From an uncultured Desulfovibrionaceae bacterium (GTDB lineage: Bacteria > Desulfobacterota > Desulfovibrionia > Desulfovibrionales > Desulfovibrionaceae), in assembly GCA_964371965.1 (NCBI GenBank), contig CAYJPE010000001.1:1-37973 (forward strand): DNA of 37,973 nucleotides. The letters are read 5' to 3'. A program made the position numbers and the translations under genes. The notes below the pieces were generated by a model. It was not told where the DNA came from and did no database searches. It worked only from the letters and a program-made list of their open reading frames with translations. Positions 16,820-24,637 of this stretch are shown in pieces; position 1 is the stretch's first letter; the number at the start of each line of letters is the position of its first letter.

Positions 16820-17299
16820 ATGCCAATATATCTATGGAATAAAAGTCTGGTCTTGGGCATTACCGATGTCGATAGCCAACACCGCCAGCTTATCAATGCC
16901 TTACGTGAGTTACAAATTGGTCTTTACGACGAGATGTCCGCAGAAGAAGTGCAGCGGCAATTGCAGAATATGGTGAACTATTGTGCAGAGCATTTTGCTA
17001 CGGAAGAAGCACTCATGGAACCCCATAAAGATTCCATGAAATCATACGAAAAGCATTTGGCTGAGCACGCAGAATTTTGCAACGTAGCCGTGCGTTTGCA
17101 AGCTGATTTTGAAGAAAAGGGCGCCAGTATTGCCACAGATATTTTTCAATTTTTGGCGAACTGGCTTGAAAAACATATTAAGGGCACTGACAAAGACATG
17201 TGCGAAGAGCTTTTTGTCTTGACAGGTGGTAGAGTAGGCGCAACGTCCGTGCCTTCGCATGCCTTGCCGCGGCGCCTGTTTAATGATGCTGTTTTTTGA
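16820..17299 (+). CDS. Hemerythrin-like metal-binding protein (bacteriohemerythrin)
   Basis: WNKSLVLGITDVDSQHRQLI..., HF..EE..M, EH..F and WLEKHIKGTDKDM are the His/Glu/Asp ligand motifs of bacteriohemerythrins. AAGGAG lies 5 nt upstream of ATG 16820. Confidence 0.85.
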   Translation: MPIYLWNKSLVLGITDVDSQHRQLINALRELQIGLYDEMSAEEVQRQLQNMVNYCAEHFATEEALMEPHKDSMKSYEKHLAEHAEFCNVAVRLQADFEEKGASIATDIFQFLANWLEKHIKGTDKDMCEELFVLTGGRVGATSVPSHALPRRLFNDAVF

Positions 17300-17350
17300 G
17301 TGATTTAAAAGTGTCGCCACAGAGTACACTGTTGTCTGCATGACCATTGT

Positions 17351-17537
17351 CATCAGCGTAAAAATGTCACATCATGTATGTTTAATGCGTACTGTTCTCG
17401 ATAGCCGTAACACGCGTTTCTCGTGTAACGGCTACGCCTTTGGCGCCCTTTGGGTCGCTGTACGCGCCGTGGCTTTTTTCGCTTCTTCGCATCTCACCGT
17501 TTTTGAGTGACTTGCCCAAAATGGACTTTTGCAGCAG
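17351..17537 (+). repeat. Degenerate family A repeat copy
   Basis: CTCGATAGCCGTAACACGCGTTTCTCGTGTAACGGCTACGCCTTTGGCGCCCTTTGGGTCG is near-identical to the internal module of 15892-16127. The right end is diverged (ATGGACTTTTGCAGCAG). Confidence 0.6.
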
Positions 17538-17614
17538 ACTGTTGCCTATTGCCACGTGCTCCCTTGGCATGTGGTATGTGAACGTTTTTGAACTTTTTAT
17601 GTAAGGATTTTTCC

Positions 17615-18664
17615 ATGCCAAAGAATATACGTGTGGCCGTTGTGGGTGCCACAGGTGCTGTTGGACGCGAAATGCTTAAAACGCTTGCTGATCGCAATTT
17701 CCCCGCCAGTGAAATTGTACCTTTTGCCTCGGCGCGTTCAGCTGGTACAAAGGTGCCCTTTCATGGTACGGAGCTTGTAGTGCAAGAGCTGCGAGAGGAT
17801 GTTTTTGAGGGCTTTCACATTGCTCTCTTTTCTGCCGGAGGCGATACATCTCACACCTTTGCCCCTCATGCAGTTGCGGCAAATTGTGTGGTGGTAGACA
17901 ATTCTTCGGCGTGGCGGATGGACGAACGTTGTCCTTTGGTGGTTCCCGAGGTCAATGCTCACGATCTTGAAATGCACAAAGGCATTATCGCTAACCCCAA
18001 CTGCTCCACAATACAAATGATGGTGGTCTTAAAGCCCCTACACGATGCGGCGCGCATTAAGCGTGTGGTCGTATCTACTTATCAGGCCGTTTCTGGCACA
18101 GGGCAAAAAGCCATGGCAGAGCTTGAAACACAAGTGCGTCAAATGTTTAACATGCAGGAACCGGAGGTGGAAGTGTATCCCCACCGCATTGCCTTTAACT
18201 GCCTGCCGCACATTGATACCTTCATGGAGAATGATTATACTAAAGAAGAAATGAAGATGGTTCACGAGACAGTCAAAATTCTTGGAGACAGCTCTGTGAA
18301 GGTGACTGCCACTTGTGTGCGTGTTCCGGTTTTTTATGGGCACAGTGAATCTGTGAATATTGAAACTGAAGAAAAACTTTCTGCCAAGAATGCGCGTGCT
18401 CTTTTGGCACAAGCACCAGGTGTGCAAGTATATGATAATCCACAAGCGAAGATGTATCCCATGCCGATCGATGCCGCAGGCGAGGATGCTACTTTTGTAG
18501 GGCGTATTCGTGAAGATGAAAGTATTGCCAATGGCTTGAATCTTTGGATTGTGGCTGACAATATCCGTAAAGGGGCAGCTCTCAACGCAGTGCAAATTGC
18601 TGAAACTCTTCTGGCAAAAGAGTTGCTAGGCGTGAAGGATGCAACACTGTTTTTGAAAAAATAA
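17615..18664 (+). CDS. asd: Aspartate-semialdehyde dehydrogenase
   Basis: VAVVGATGAVG NAD(P) motif and active-site NPNCSTIQ. Length is about 349 aa. I preferred ATG 17615 with upstream TAAGGA over the track's TTG at 17588. Confidence 0.95.
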   Translation: MPKNIRVAVVGATGAVGREMLKTLADRNFPASEIVPFASARSAGTKVPFHGTELVVQELREDVFEGFHIALFSAGGDTSHTFAPHAVAANCVVVDNSSAWRMDERCPLVVPEVNAHDLEMHKGIIANPNCSTIQMMVVLKPLHDAARIKRVVVSTYQAVSGTGQKAMAELETQVRQMFNMQEPEVEVYPHRIAFNCLPHIDTFMENDYTKEEMKMVHETVKILGDSSVKVTATCVRVPVFYGHSESVNIETEEKLSAKNARALLAQAPGVQVYDNPQAKMYPMPIDAAGEDATFVGRIREDESIANGLNLWIVADNIRKGAALNAVQIAETLLAKELLGVKDATLFLKK

Positions 18665-18680
18665 TGTATGCGCTCATCAG

Positions 18681-18892
18681 GTTGTTGAAAAACTCCATTT
18701 TTGACAGTCCGTTCAAAAAGTGTGAGGTGCAATGAAGCGAAAAAAGTTAAGGCGTGCAGATCGACCCAATGGGCGCCGAAGGCGTAGCTTTTACATAAGA
18801 AACGAGTGTTACGGATATCGAGACTAACGCGTATTAGGCATAACACAAGCGATGTGACTTTTATCGCTGATGCAGCGGATTGAACGTTTTCC
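18681..18892 (-). mobile_element. MITE-like element, family A, inverted copy with a decayed far end
   Basis: GTTGTTGAAAAACTCCATTTTTGACAGTCCGTTCAAAAAGTGTGAGGTGCAA is the reverse complement of the right end of 15892-16127. It starts 17 nt after the asd stop. Confidence 0.65.
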
Positions 18893-18935
18893 GCGGGCTT
18901 TCATGCCCGCTTAAAGCCGTGTTACTGCAAAATAG

Positions 18936-18962
18936 CCCGTTGAAAAAGTCCAAATTGGCAGC
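18936..18962 (+). repeat. Solo left-end fragment of family A
   Basis: CCCGTTGAAAAAGTCCAAATTGGCAGC compared with TCCGTTGAAAAAGTGCAATCTGCGGCG at 3500-3526. Confidence 0.4.
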
Positions 18963-19038
18963 TCGTTCACAAAAAAAGTGACATACAAGTATACTCAACA
19001 ATCCAAGCTTCGCGGCATGGTAGGTATAAAAATGTCTA

Positions 19039-19185
19039 AGGAAACGCTGATTAAATAGAATTTTTGTTCTCTAACAAGGAAAGCGAGTTTTGGGAAGCGC
19101 GCGGTATATATAGACATATATAAGCGTTTCACAAAGTGAGCTTGACGCAGTTAGAGGGCAAAAAGGCATTTAATCAGTGTTTCCC
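19039..19185 (+). mobile_element. MITE-like element, family C, copy 1 (147 bp) with TA flanks
   Basis: TIRs AGGAAACGCTGATTAAAT and ATTTAATCAGTGTTTCCC. A TA dinucleotide lies immediately outside both ends. I count 6 differences in 147 nt against 23111-23257. Confidence 0.75.
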
Positions 19186-19388
19186 TAAATTTTTTGTTGG
19201 CGCAGGAGATTACCTTTTTTCAATGGCCTGATAAACCGTGTAGTGAGCGAGATGCGAGAGAGCGAAAGTTTGAGGCATCGTAATGTGTGAGACACATGAG
19301 ATGCCTGAAATTTTTATAAGCATGATATGACGTCAATGCCCAAGATGGGTGCTCAAGGATATTGCAACATGCAAAAAAGCAGAAAATC

Positions 19389-20390
19389 ATGAAGGATATT
19401 CTCTTCTATCAACATTATTTGGAGCGCATGCTCGAAGCATCGCGTCCCGGCGTAGAGCATATATTGGCATTTTACGACCATCGGGTGGGGAGCATTTGCA
19501 AGGACGCACGTCTGCTTCTTGTGCCTCTTGATGACCATCTTTGTCATCGTGGTGACGGTATTTTCGAAAGTATTTCTTACCGTTATGGACATATGTTTTC
19601 CTTGGATGCACATATGGAAAGAATGTGCCAGTCGGCTGCCGGGCTTAAACTCACGCCCCCTTGTTCTTGGGAAGAAGTCCGAAGTACCATTTTGGATGTG
19701 GCTCGTGCAGGAGGCGAAGAAAATGGCTCTGTGCGTGTCCTTCTCGGGCGCGGTCCCGGGGGGTTTGGACTCTCTCCTGCTGAGTGCCCTGAGGCAAGCC
19801 TCTATATTGTTGCCTTGCGCAGTAACTCATTTCCTCCGGAATATTATGCAAAGGGCATCAGCGCCTGTCGTTCTGCCATTCCTGCCAAGCAGGCCTATTT
19901 GGCACAGATAAAAAATGTCAATTATTTGCCTAATGTACTTATGAGTGAAGAAGCTTTGCAAAAGAAAGTGGGCATGACATTCTCCTTTACGGAAGAAGGT
20001 TTTTTGGCAGAGGCTGCCATGGCCAATGTGGGCATTGTTACACAGAATGATATACTTGTATGTCCTCCTTTCACTCACACTCTCGCAGGCACAACATTGT
20101 TGCTAGCCCACAAGATTGTGGAAAAAATGTTGCAAAAAAAGCGTGCTGAAAAAACATCATACGGCGTAGTAAGGCGACAATATTTGCAGGATTGTAAGTT
20201 TGAAAATATTCGCGAAGAAGATATTTTTGAGGCTAAGGAAGTACTTATTTTTGGGTCGTCTCCTCTTTGTGTGGGCGTCACATCTTATGAAGGCATCCCC
20301 ATTGGTGACGGACATCCGGGTCTTGTGGCGCACATGTTGCGTCGCCTTCTTATGAAGGAATTGTTGGCAGGCGGTGTGGGTATATTTTAG
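19389..20390 (+). CDS. Class IV (fold type IV) PLP aminotransferase / aminodeoxychorismate-lyase-like enzyme
   Basis: HRGDGIFES and the catalytic-Lys region QIKNVNYLPNVLMSEEA are typical of the D-amino-acid/branched-chain aminotransferase and PabC family. The start is uncertain: ATG 19389 or TTG 19362. Confidence 0.75.
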   Translation: MKDILFYQHYLERMLEASRPGVEHILAFYDHRVGSICKDARLLLVPLDDHLCHRGDGIFESISYRYGHMFSLDAHMERMCQSAAGLKLTPPCSWEEVRSTILDVARAGGEENGSVRVLLGRGPGGFGLSPAECPEASLYIVALRSNSFPPEYYAKGISACRSAIPAKQAYLAQIKNVNYLPNVLMSEEALQKKVGMTFSFTEEGFLAEAAMANVGIVTQNDILVCPPFTHTLAGTTLLLAHKIVEKMLQKKRAEKTSYGVVRRQYLQDCKFENIREEDIFEAKEVLIFGSSPLCVGVTSYEGIPIGDGHPGLVAHMLRRLLMKELLAGGVGIF

Positions 20391-20546
20391 GCGCTGTCGT
20401 CAAATGTGCCCTTTCGCCATTATCGAAGCGGGCTCTGCGTCAGATTTTACTTACTTTTTCGGTCAAATACCATGAGAGCATATTCCCTCAAAGCAAGCGC
20501 GTCTTCCTTGATATAACACGAAAAATCTCTATTTGACGACAGCGCC
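20390..20546. mobile_element. MITE-like element, family B, copy 2 (157 bp) with TA flanks
   Basis: Perfect 16-bp TIRs GGCGCTGTCGTCAAAT (20390-20405) and ATTTGACGACAGCGCC (20531-20546). TA lies on both sides. The left TA plus the first G of the element form the TAG stop of the aminotransferase gene. Confidence 0.75.
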
Positions 20547-20650
20547 TAGGGTTGAAGGCAAGGCATTGCTTTTTTTGCATCCTTAATGCACGATGGGCCT
20601 TTTTTATTGGCCTGCCAATGTGAATTTTTCAAAAGACTGGTAGGACTTTT

Positions 20651-21991
20651 ATGGATGATATATCGCACACAGCACACACCAAAGAGCCACAAGAAAAAGA
20701 TAAAAGTGTACATAGCATGCAAAAAACGCATAAAGAAACACATGACTGTGATACAAAAATGTCCATGAGTTCTCCCCTTGCACTTGCACACCCCATCCTC
20801 GTTTTGCTGATTGATGACAGTGCGCACTGGGCAAAAGCGCAAAAACACCTTATGGCCGTGGCTGCTGTCCTGAGTGAGTGCGCTCAAGCTTATGAAATAC
20901 ACATCATCTGTCGTAAAGATAGCCCCTTACACCATGCAGCACAGGCATATTCCTGTATACCCCTTTTCCCGCCACAAGATATATCACGCCTCAAAAAAAA
21001 CAGCCCTGCCGCATGGCGTATGGCTTTGAAATTATTATGGCGTTTTGGGAGAAAGGTGCCCGCATGTGTCCATACCTTTTCACCCTCTTGCATAGCTTTG
21101 GCACGAAAGTTCTCGCGCTGGCGCGTGAAAGATAAAAAAAATATAGCAGGGACACGTACGCTCATGTTGCATTCTGCTTTTGGGACGCCCAAAGAAGAGG
21201 GCTTGTTACCTAAGCATGCGCGTCGTCATGGACTTATTGCGGAAAAAATACTTTGTCCGTCTCAATTTGTCATGGATGCGTGGTTTGAATCTGGTGTTGT
21301 GCCTGAGCGTATTGGTGTTGTATATGCAGCGTACGAACCGCCCCCCGAACTGTTGCCCGCAAGCGCATCCGAAACGACAGCGAAGTTGAGAGATGAAGCT
21401 ACACAAATTACGCCAGCAACGATAAAAAAACGCTTTATTTTTATGGCTTTTGAAAATCTTGAGGAAGGCGCCGGCCTCACGGTTTTGCTCAAGGCCATGG
21501 CTGCCCTATGGCAACATCCTCATTTGCCAGAATGGGAAGTGCGTGTTGTCGGCAGTGGTTCCCTTTTTGAGACACTTTTGGAGGAAGCAGAGGCTCTTGG
21601 TATAGCACCGCGCCTCGCACTTTTGGGTATACAGCCGATGGAGCCCATGGCTTCCACCGCCCATGTCATTGTATGCCCACATACAAAGCCGATAGGCAAT
21701 ATTGACAGTCTCATGCTGGCATGGAACTACGCCTTGCCACTCATTTGTACACAGGTGCCCGGCAATCTTGAGGTGGCCACTGTACATAATGCTCTGCTTG
21801 TGCCGCCTGGTGACCCCCAAAGCCTTGCGGCGGCCATGATTGCTTGTATGAGTGACCCTCAAATTGAACAACATTATAGCCATATGAGCAGTACTATGAG
21901 TACACAAGCACATATGTCGCGCTTGCAAGCAGAATACTGCAAACTTTATGAAACGAGTATCGCACAGAGGCATTGGTCAGTTCCAACATAG
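20651..21991 (+). CDS. Glycosyltransferase, GT-B fold (family 1/4-like)
   Basis: The C-terminal half (FIFMAFENLEEGAGLTVLLKAM...VRVVGSGSL...LEEAEALGI..RLALLG...LICTQVPGNLEV) resembles the GT4 nucleotide-sugar binding domain. The N-terminus is low complexity and the start is uncertain. Confidence 0.55.
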   Translation: MDDISHTAHTKEPQEKDKSVHSMQKTHKETHDCDTKMSMSSPLALAHPILVLLIDDSAHWAKAQKHLMAVAAVLSECAQAYEIHIICRKDSPLHHAAQAYSCIPLFPPQDISRLKKNSPAAWRMALKLLWRFGRKVPACVHTFSPSCIALARKFSRWRVKDKKNIAGTRTLMLHSAFGTPKEEGLLPKHARRHGLIAEKILCPSQFVMDAWFESGVVPERIGVVYAAYEPPPELLPASASETTAKLRDEATQITPATIKKRFIFMAFENLEEGAGLTVLLKAMAALWQHPHLPEWEVRVVGSGSLFETLLEEAEALGIAPRLALLGIQPMEPMASTAHVIVCPHTKPIGNIDSLMLAWNYALPLICTQVPGNLEVATVHNALLVPPGDPQSLAAAMIACMSDPQIEQHYSHMSSTMSTQAHMSRLQAEYCKLYETSIAQRHWSVPT

Positions 21992-22032
21992 GCCTGACTG
22001 CCAACACGAGCACACGAACGAAAAGGAATTGC

Positions 22033-22962
22033 ATGAAGTGTAAGGTATGTAAGGAAACGGCTGTTGTCAGTTTGCGCAGCCATCATACGGGCTTTTGTGC
22101 CTCGTGTTATCTGGAGTTTTTTCGCCGCCAAGTGGAAAGGGGCATACGCGCCCATAAGCTTTTTACCCATGACGACCGCATCTTGGTGGCGCTTTCCGGC
22201 GGCAAAGATTCTTTGGCGCTTATGCTGGAGCTGTCACGTCAGGGCTATACGGTTACAGGTTTGCATATTGACCTCGCCATTCCCCTGCAAGGCAGTGCAG
22301 AGCCTTGTGGTGAGGGGCAGGGCGCTCGTGGTGTCGTCGAGCGTTTCTGCAAAGCACACAATATTCCCTTGATTGTCAAAGAAATGGCCACTGAAGGTTT
22401 AGCCATACCTCGCGTCAAAGCGTGCCTCAAAAGACCCATCTGCTCCGCTTGTGGTAAGATAAAGCGCTATTATTTTAATAAAACAGCCATGGACGGTGGC
22501 TTTACGGCCCTTGCCACAGGGCATAATTTGGATGATGAAGTGGCACGACTTTTTAGTAATACCATACGCTGGGATCGTGCCTATTTGTCCGACCAAGGCC
22601 CCTGTTTACCTGCAGAGGCCGGCTTTATAAAAAAAGTGAAACCTTTGTGGCGTCTTACAGAGTTTGAAACCGCCAATTACGCTTTTCTTATGGGTATAGA
22701 GCACCATTATGCTCCATGTCCATACAGCCAAGGGGCAAGCTTTACCTGCTACAAACATTTGTGGCAAGGTTTGGAAGAGGTGATGCCTGGGCGCAAGCTC
22801 GACTTTTATCAAGGCTTTTTGGAACGCGGCAGACCCGTATTTGCCCGCCATGAGGCAGAAGAGGCGCCGCCCCTTAATAAATGTGCTGTGTGTGAATACC
22901 CAACGTCCGCAGATATATGCGGCGTGTGTCGCATTAAAAGTGTTGTACAAAGTACATCCTGA
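22033..22962 (+). CDS. PP-loop ATPase of the TtuA/Ncs6/TtcA tRNA 2-thiolation family
   Basis: PP-loop motif ALSGGKDS. N-terminal CxxC...CxxC (CKVCKE...CASC), a central CSACG, and a C-terminal CAVCE...CGVC zinc-finger/Fe-S cysteines. ATG 22033 was preferred over the track's start at 21973. Confidence 0.7.
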   Translation: MKCKVCKETAVVSLRSHHTGFCASCYLEFFRRQVERGIRAHKLFTHDDRILVALSGGKDSLALMLELSRQGYTVTGLHIDLAIPLQGSAEPCGEGQGARGVVERFCKAHNIPLIVKEMATEGLAIPRVKACLKRPICSACGKIKRYYFNKTAMDGGFTALATGHNLDDEVARLFSNTIRWDRAYLSDQGPCLPAEAGFIKKVKPLWRLTEFETANYAFLMGIEHHYAPCPYSQGASFTCYKHLWQGLEEVMPGRKLDFYQGFLERGRPVFARHEAEEAPPLNKCAVCEYPTSADICGVCRIKSVVQSTS

Positions 22963-23110
22963 AAACCTGTTGAAAAACGCCATTTTTGACAGTTCGTTCA
23001 AATAGTGTGCGATGCAAGGAAGCGAAAAAAGTCAAGGCGCGTATACAGACATACGTAACTTGAGTAAAAAACACCGTTTGACGCAGGCAAAACGTAAAAG
23101 AATTTATTTA

Positions 23111-23257
23111 GGGAAACGCTGATTAAATAGAATTTTTGTTCTCTAACAAGGAAAGCGAGTTTTGGGAAGCACGCGGTATATGTAGACATATATAAGCGTT
23201 TCACAAAGTGAGCTTGACGCAGTTAGAGGGCAAAAAGACATTTCATCAGTGTTTCCT
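23111..23257 (+). mobile_element. MITE-like element, family C, copy 2 (147 bp) with TA flanks
   Basis: GGGAAACGCTGATTAAAT...ATTTCATCAGTGTTTCCT, with TA on both sides. Near-identical to 19039-19185. Confidence 0.75.
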
Positions 23258-23266
23258 TAGAAACAG

Positions 23267-23346
23267 CCCCTAAAAAAGTTTCACCCTAAAGGGCACACAC
23301 CCCTCACATACTTTTAAAAAATACACATTTAGACAAAGCACGCTCC
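23267..23346 (-). repeat. Repeat family D copy 2
   Basis: The reverse complement (GGAGCGTGCTTTGTCTAAATGTGTATTTTTTAAAAGTATGTGAGGGGTGTGTGCCCTTTAGGGTGAAACTTTTTT) matches 13362-13436. Confidence 0.6.
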
Positions 23347-23436
23347 TCGGCATGCATAAGTAATTTGAGTTTTTATCGCTGACGAAGCAGAGTGCATTTT
23401 TTCAACGGGCTGTTAATAGCATATTTTGAGTGACAC

Positions 23437-24312
23437 TTATTTCTTGTCAACACAGCCAAGCCCAATCCCCGCAAAGATGAAAATACCTGCCACCATAAGT
23501 CCCGTATCAATGGCTTCGCCCAAGGTGAGCAGTGAAAAGATCATGCCCACAACGGGCGTTGCTAACAGGCCAAGGGATGTGACAATGGCAGGTAAGTGTT
23601 GATTGATGACTGTCATGCCCCAAAAACCAAAGGCTGTGGCAAGCACACCACTATAGGCCATCTGCCAAAGCAATGCAGGTTTCCAGATAATATTCGGCAC
23701 ACCTTCCAACCATAGCGCTATAACGCAAGACAATACTGTGGCCAGCAGTATTTGCCACAATACCAGTTGAAATGGTGTGGAGTGCCACGTGATGAGCTTG
23801 ATTCCAATGATGGTAATGGCCCAGGAAAACGATGCCACGAGTAAAAGCACATGTCCCACTATGGCTTCACGACTGTGTATTCCACCGACAGATGGTAAAA
23901 ATAACAAGCATACACCCATAATACCGAGCGCAACGCCGATGATACGCCATATATTTATCGGTTCGCGTAAGAAAAAAATAGCCGCGGGCGTTACCCATAA
24001 TGGCGTGGTGTAGCCAAGCACAACAGAGCGTCCCACAGAAATGTATTGTAGGCCTACTGCCATGAGTGTGGCAAAAATAGTCATGTGAAAAATACCGACC
24101 ACAAAAAGCGCAGGAATATCCCGACGAGTTGGTATAATATACTGTTTTGTCAATATTTGTAAAAAAAATAGAGGTACGGCTGCAATAAGACAACGCATGG
24201 CATTTGACCATATTGGCGTGATTGACTCAACGATAAGCTTTGTCACTGTCCAGTTAACTCCCCAAATGACGACGACAAGAATAAAGAGGGGGAGTGCGTA
24301 TGTTTTTTTCAT
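23437..24312 (-). CDS. EamA/DMT-superfamily transporter (10 TM)
   Basis: 291 aa, about ten hydrophobic helices in two halves. N-terminal VIWGVNWTVTK is typical of the EamA domain. Confidence 0.85.
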   Translation of the reverse strand: MKKTYALPLFILVVVIWGVNWTVTKLIVESITPIWSNAMRCLIAAVPLFFLQILTKQYIIPTRRDIPALFVVGIFHMTIFATLMAVGLQYISVGRSVVLGYTTPLWVTPAAIFFLREPINIWRIIGVALGIMGVCLLFLPSVGGIHSREAIVGHVLLLVASFSWAITIIGIKLITWHSTPFQLVLWQILLATVLSCVIALWLEGVPNIIWKPALLWQMAYSGVLATAFGFWGMTVINQHLPAIVTSLGLLATPVVGMIFSLLTLGEAIDTGLMVAGIFIFAGIGLGCVDKK

Positions 24313-24441
24313 ATTTTTTTCTCAACTATCTGTGTGCATTGCAGGTGTGCTTCTAGCGGCAGGCTGTTTCAAACTCATTGCGTGAAGTCCTTATGGATGT
24401 CACATATAGCGTAGCTTTTTCCAAAATTGTCTTCCTTGCGC

Positions 24442-24587
24442 GGTAGTGTCTACACGAGTTGAATTTTCGTGTTATATCAAGGAAGATGAGCGGGTGTTGA
24501 GGGAATATACTCTTATGGTATTTGACCAAAAAAGCCCGCAAAATCTGACGCAGAAATGACCGAAAGGGCATTTGTGTAGACACTACC
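24442..24587. mobile_element. MITE-like element, family B, copy 3 (146 bp), inverted, with variant TIRs
   Basis: The internal sequence is homologous to the reverse complement of 20390-20546. TIRs GGTAGTGTCTACAC (24442-24455) and GTGTAGACACTACC (24574-24587) are perfect for 14 bp but differ from copies 1 and 2 at matching positions in both arms. Confidence 0.7.
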
Positions 24588-24637
24588 TAGAGAACAAATC
24601 TCTATGAGGTCAGCGCTTCATTAAAAAAGCATGCTTG

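Larger units (their letters stand above)
22967..23408 (-). mobile_element. Family A element (inverted) interrupted by nested family C and D elements
   Basis: Right-end homologue CTGTTGAAAAACGCCATTTTTGACAGTTCGTTCAAATAGTGTGCGATGCAAGGAAGCGAAAAAAGTCAAGGCG at 22967-23040. Left-end homologue GCAGAGTGCATTTTTTCAACGG ends at 23408. Elements C and D sit in between. Confidence 0.6.

Noticed and set aside
15887-19330. Possible CRISPR array, suggested by the recurring TTGAACGGACTGTCAAAAATGGAGTTTTTCAACAG-type strings.
   Set aside because: The copies are hundreds to thousands of bp apart, occur in both orientations, are separated by genes and are embedded in longer homologous elements. There is no regular repeat-spacer periodicity and no cas genes.
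20556-20570. Sigma54-like strings AAGGCAAGGCATTGC (20556-20570) and TGGCACAGAACATTTGC (7216-7232).
   Set aside because: The GG-to-GC spacing is 11 and 14 nt respectively, not the required 12. The second also lacks the TTGC register. They are not credible -24/-12 promoters.
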